Assembly (NCBI GenBank): GCA_021778375.1
Contig: JAJYCM010000001.1
Span: 1 to 40,585, forward strand
Direction of reading: 5' to 3'
Source of the DNA: Bacteroidota bacterium
GTDB taxonomy: Bacteria; Bacteroidota; Ignavibacteria; Ignavibacteriales; Ignavibacteriaceae
DNA length: 40,585 bases
This document shows positions 37,879-40,585 of this stretch, in pieces (the first letter of the stretch is position 1; every line of letters begins with the position of its first letter). The notes beneath the pieces are model-generated. The model had not been told where the DNA came from, searched no databases, and saw nothing but the letters and a program-made list of their open reading frames with translations. A program made the position numbers and the translations under genes.

Positions 37879-40047
37879 CTAAAAGAAAAATTCCAAGCCG
37901 ACCGAATAATTCCGGATCTGGGCTAAGTTCCCTATTAATTCTACATAATTATAATTCAAAATATTATTGGCATTGATTGAAATCTTTCCCGGAATTCCAA
38001 AAATATCTAATGAAGAGTTTGCCCTTAAATCAAGCACATAAACAGGGACACGCATCCTTCCGTCTTTAAGAAGTCCCAAATCTACAAGCTCAAAATCCAT
38101 TTTCTCAACCCTGCTCCAGTAGCGGAAATCTGCTCCGAAGTCAAAATTATTCAGCAAATAATCTAAGCTTGCGGTAACTGAATTTCTCGGTCTGTATTTC
38201 AGAGCCTGATTTAATTGCAGATCTCTTGCCCAAAGATAAATATAATTTAATGACATGCTGAGCTTATTATCAAAAAAACTGCTATTCAAATTTAACTCAG
38301 CCCCCTGAATCCTCGCGCGCATTACATTGCTAAAAAATACTAAACCGTCTTTAGGATCAACCCCGGGTTCAATAAAATCAAAGAATTCATTCTGAAATAT
38401 TGCCGCATCAATGTCAGAATATCTTGTAATCTGATAATTAGCGCCGAATTCTATATTCCAATTTGTTTCAGGTTTTATGGAGGGATTCGGTTTAATAGTA
38501 ATCCCACCCGCTGATGTTGTTGTAAAAGCTTCAGCTAATGATGGAGCCCTAAAACCTGTACCGAAAGAAGAGCGTATAGAGAGTTTTCTTGAAATTTTAT
38601 AATTAAATCCTAGCTTGGGTGATATCGCATTTGAAATATTTAATGTATCAAGTTTGTTCAAATCATAACGAACTCCGGCAGAAATTGTAAGGGGTAATCC
38701 GAATTTATAGTCTACTTGAGAATAAATTCCGAAGCTAAATGCCGTCGGGTTACCAAAAATGTTGGATGTAACATTCGAAGCAGTAGCTTCAATTCCGGAT
38801 ACAAGAACCGTCTTATCGTTTAGGTTTGTATTTACCTGGAATTCGCCATGGAATTGATTCGATTTAGAAGTGTTTGCGGATGATGTATTATCGCTCCATT
38901 TCGTCTTATAATAGCTTCCTCTAATGTTAATAAAAAGATCATTAGAAATAACATCTTTATATTCTAATCCGAGCATATAACGGTCTGACAACACACTTTG
39001 CCCTTCATCTGCAAGCGGAGGGATAAGCACATTACGGGAATCCTTCCAATATAAAAAGTTTCCGTCGTCCTGGTTTAAACTATTAACAAAAAACATCAAC
39101 GAAGAAACAGAGGAAAAATTATAATTACCTTTTATAAATCCGATATATCTGGTGTAAAATCCGCTTTGCTTATAACTCATATCGGCTAGACGAGTCAGTG
39201 TAAAAGAAATCCCAAGTTTTCCTATTCTCTGTGAATGTGAAAGAGTCAAACCTGTATAAGTTCTTAATTCTTTCGACCAATCCCAGATGCTATATGCCGG
39301 TTTATCATAAAAGCCAAAACTTGTTTTAACATAAGTTGAAGGCGTGGAAGAAATATTCTTTGTTATCACATTAACAACACCGCCAATCGCCGAGGAACCA
39401 TAAAGAGAACTTGCGGCGCCCTTAATAATTTCAATATGGTCAATTTCAGTTACGGGAATGGCTTCCCATACTATATCTCCGGTATCGCCGGTGTAATAAG
39501 GAATTCCGTCAATCTCCATCAATACTCTTGTTCCGGCACCACGACTGTAGCCGCTTGAGCCGCGTATGCTTATTTGATCGTCTACAATATTTACGCCCGG
39601 AGCATAGCGTAAAGCATCAGCTAAATCTGTGATGTCTTTTTTAACAAATAAATCAGATTTAATAATTTCTGCGCTAACGGGAAGATTAGATATCTTTTGT
39701 TTGTATCTACTTGCTGTTACTACCACTTGAGCTGATTGTATTGCAATCTCGCGTAGAACTAATTTCAATTTTAGAGATTTGTCGGTTATCTGTAAATCCG
39801 GAACTGATAATGTCGAATAACCAACATTAGACACTTTAAGCGAATACTTTCCCGCTTTTAATCCCTTTATAGAAAATGATCCCATAAAGTTTGTAGCTGT
39901 TCCTAAGTTCGACCCTTCGACAATAATATTTGCACCATTTAGAGGATTTCCAATAGTATCCGATACAATACCGCTAATCTCAAACGTTTGAGCCTTAAGC
40001 AAAGCAACTGCAAGGAAAATAAATAATATTGAAAAAAATATTTTCAT
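37879..40047 (-). CDS. TonB-dependent outer-membrane receptor with N-terminal CarboxypepD_reg-like domain
   Basis: Signal peptide, then ISGIVSD..GNPLNGANI (carboxypeptidase regulatory-like fold), a plug region (VVVTASR, IEIIKGAASSLYGS), a long beta-barrel and a C-terminal aromatic residue (LEFFF). Confidence 0.9.
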   Translation of the reverse strand: MKIFFSILFIFLAVALLKAQTFEISGIVSDTIGNPLNGANIIVEGSNLGTATNFMGSFSIKGLKAGKYSLKVSNVGYSTLSVPDLQITDKSLKLKLVLREIAIQSAQVVVTASRYKQKISNLPVSAEIIKSDLFVKKDITDLADALRYAPGVNIVDDQISIRGSSGYSRGAGTRVLMEIDGIPYYTGDTGDIVWEAIPVTEIDHIEIIKGAASSLYGSSAIGGVVNVITKNISSTPSTYVKTSFGFYDKPAYSIWDWSKELRTYTGLTLSHSQRIGKLGISFTLTRLADMSYKQSGFYTRYIGFIKGNYNFSSVSSLMFFVNSLNQDDGNFLYWKDSRNVLIPPLADEGQSVLSDRYMLGLEYKDVISNDLFINIRGSYYKTKWSDNTSSANTSKSNQFHGEFQVNTNLNDKTVLVSGIEATASNVTSNIFGNPTAFSFGIYSQVDYKFGLPLTISAGVRYDLNKLDTLNISNAISPKLGFNYKISRKLSIRSSFGTGFRAPSLAEAFTTTSAGGITIKPNPSIKPETNWNIEFGANYQITRYSDIDAAIFQNEFFDFIEPGVDPKDGLVFFSNVMRARIQGAELNLNSSFFDNKLSMSLNYIYLWARDLQLNQALKYRPRNSVTASLDYLLNNFDFGADFRYWSRVEKMDFELVDLGLLKDGRMRVPVYVLDLRANSSLDIFGIPGKISINANNILNYNYVELIGNLAQIRNYSVGLEFFF

Positions 40048-40065
40048 TTACAAAAGCTCATAAGT

Positions 40066-40584
40066 TTATTTTCCGCCCGGGGGCTGCGGTGGAAGATGGT
40101 TAAAGTCGCAAGTAATATTTATATTATTTATTAAAGTATTCGACGGAATAATTAATTTTCCCGGCTGTGTTGTATCTCCGTTAGCATAATACACTCCCAC
40201 GACATACCAATCAGAACGGTTTAATGATAGTGTCGGTGTTTTGGATTGTGCAACGACTACATAGGAATATTCTCCCGCCCCAATCGGAATGTAAGAGGAA
40301 TCCAACGAACTATAGTTGACGACTTTTGAACCGTTAGGAATTGATAAGCTGATATAATTCAAATTTAAAATACTAAAATCTGCGGCAGATCTAAGAGGAT
40401 TCTTGAAAACTACAAGATGGGTTCTTTGCACGCTATCCGGCCAGGTTCCGGTAAAAGTTATTGTACCGCTAAATCCCGCTTTTTGTTGTTCTTCTTGTAC
40501 GGAAAGGGGTGAAATTCCTTTGCCGCATCCGGCAATGACTAAAATAATATATAATAAGATTATTCCCGAGAAATATTTAGCCAT
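40066..40584 (-). CDS. Hypothetical lipoprotein
   Basis: Lipobox VIAGC after a hydrophobic signal sequence. 172 aa, beta-rich, with a Pro/Gly tail (PPQPPGGK). It lies 18 nt upstream of the TonB receptor on the same strand. Confidence 0.6.
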   Translation of the reverse strand: MAKYFSGIILLYIILVIAGCGKGISPLSVQEEQQKAGFSGTITFTGTWPDSVQRTHLVVFKNPLRSAADFSILNLNYISLSIPNGSKVVNYSSLDSSYIPIGAGEYSYVVVAQSKTPTLSLNRSDWYVVGVYYANGDTTQPGKLIIPSNTLINNINITCDFNHLPPQPPGGK

Positions 40585-40585
40585 A

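Overview
This is an AT-rich bacterial chromosomal segment, roughly one-third G+C by eye. I call 36 protein-coding genes, tightly packed and mostly on the minus strand. Several signatures suggest an FCB-group organism, Ignavibacteria- or Bacteroidota-like, but that is inference only. They include a GWxTD-domain protein, a BshB1-type deacetylase, a CarboxypepD_reg-type TonB receptor, weak Shine-Dalgarno usage and several TTG/GVG starts.

The content is overwhelmingly core housekeeping:
- Minus strand, 1-7154: mreB (partial), purH, purN, a TPR protein, pyrG and citrate synthase.
- Plus strand: a Sel1-repeat protein and a SpoIIE/PP2C phosphatase.
- Minus strand: an MFS transporter, nusB, a DUF218 protein and nnr.
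- Plus strand: a small membrane protein, tadA and adk.
- Minus strand: ftsE, pdxA, a GWxTD protein, rho, folC, pyrD(1B), pyrK, mannose-1-P guanylyltransferase, a hypothetical protein and alr.
- Remaining genes: amt, then LMW-PTP plus fructosamine-kinase-family, bshB1, an Amidohydro_3 hydrolase, prmA, PBP4/dacB, a TatD-radical SAM fusion, a TonB-dependent receptor and a lipoprotein.

I found no rRNA, tRNA, CRISPR array, transposase, integrase, phage gene or recognisable defence gene.

I did not find a convincing multi-gene novel system. Four things are not ordinary:
1. Three GC-richer intergenic regions (29.2-29.7, 31.0-31.3 and 34.6-34.9 kb) are built from shared repeat modules. One is a 108-nt direct repeat with a twin hairpin that brackets the LMW-PTP/FN3K gene pair.
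2. There are two short-period tandem repeats: an 8-nt TTCCA repeat and a 7-8-nt TYACT repeat.
3. One ORF fuses a TatD hydrolase to a radical-SAM domain. The function of this pairing is unknown.
4. Two uncharacterised helical proteins are tightly coupled to housekeeping genes.

All calls come from reading the sequence and ORF translations by eye. No searches were run.
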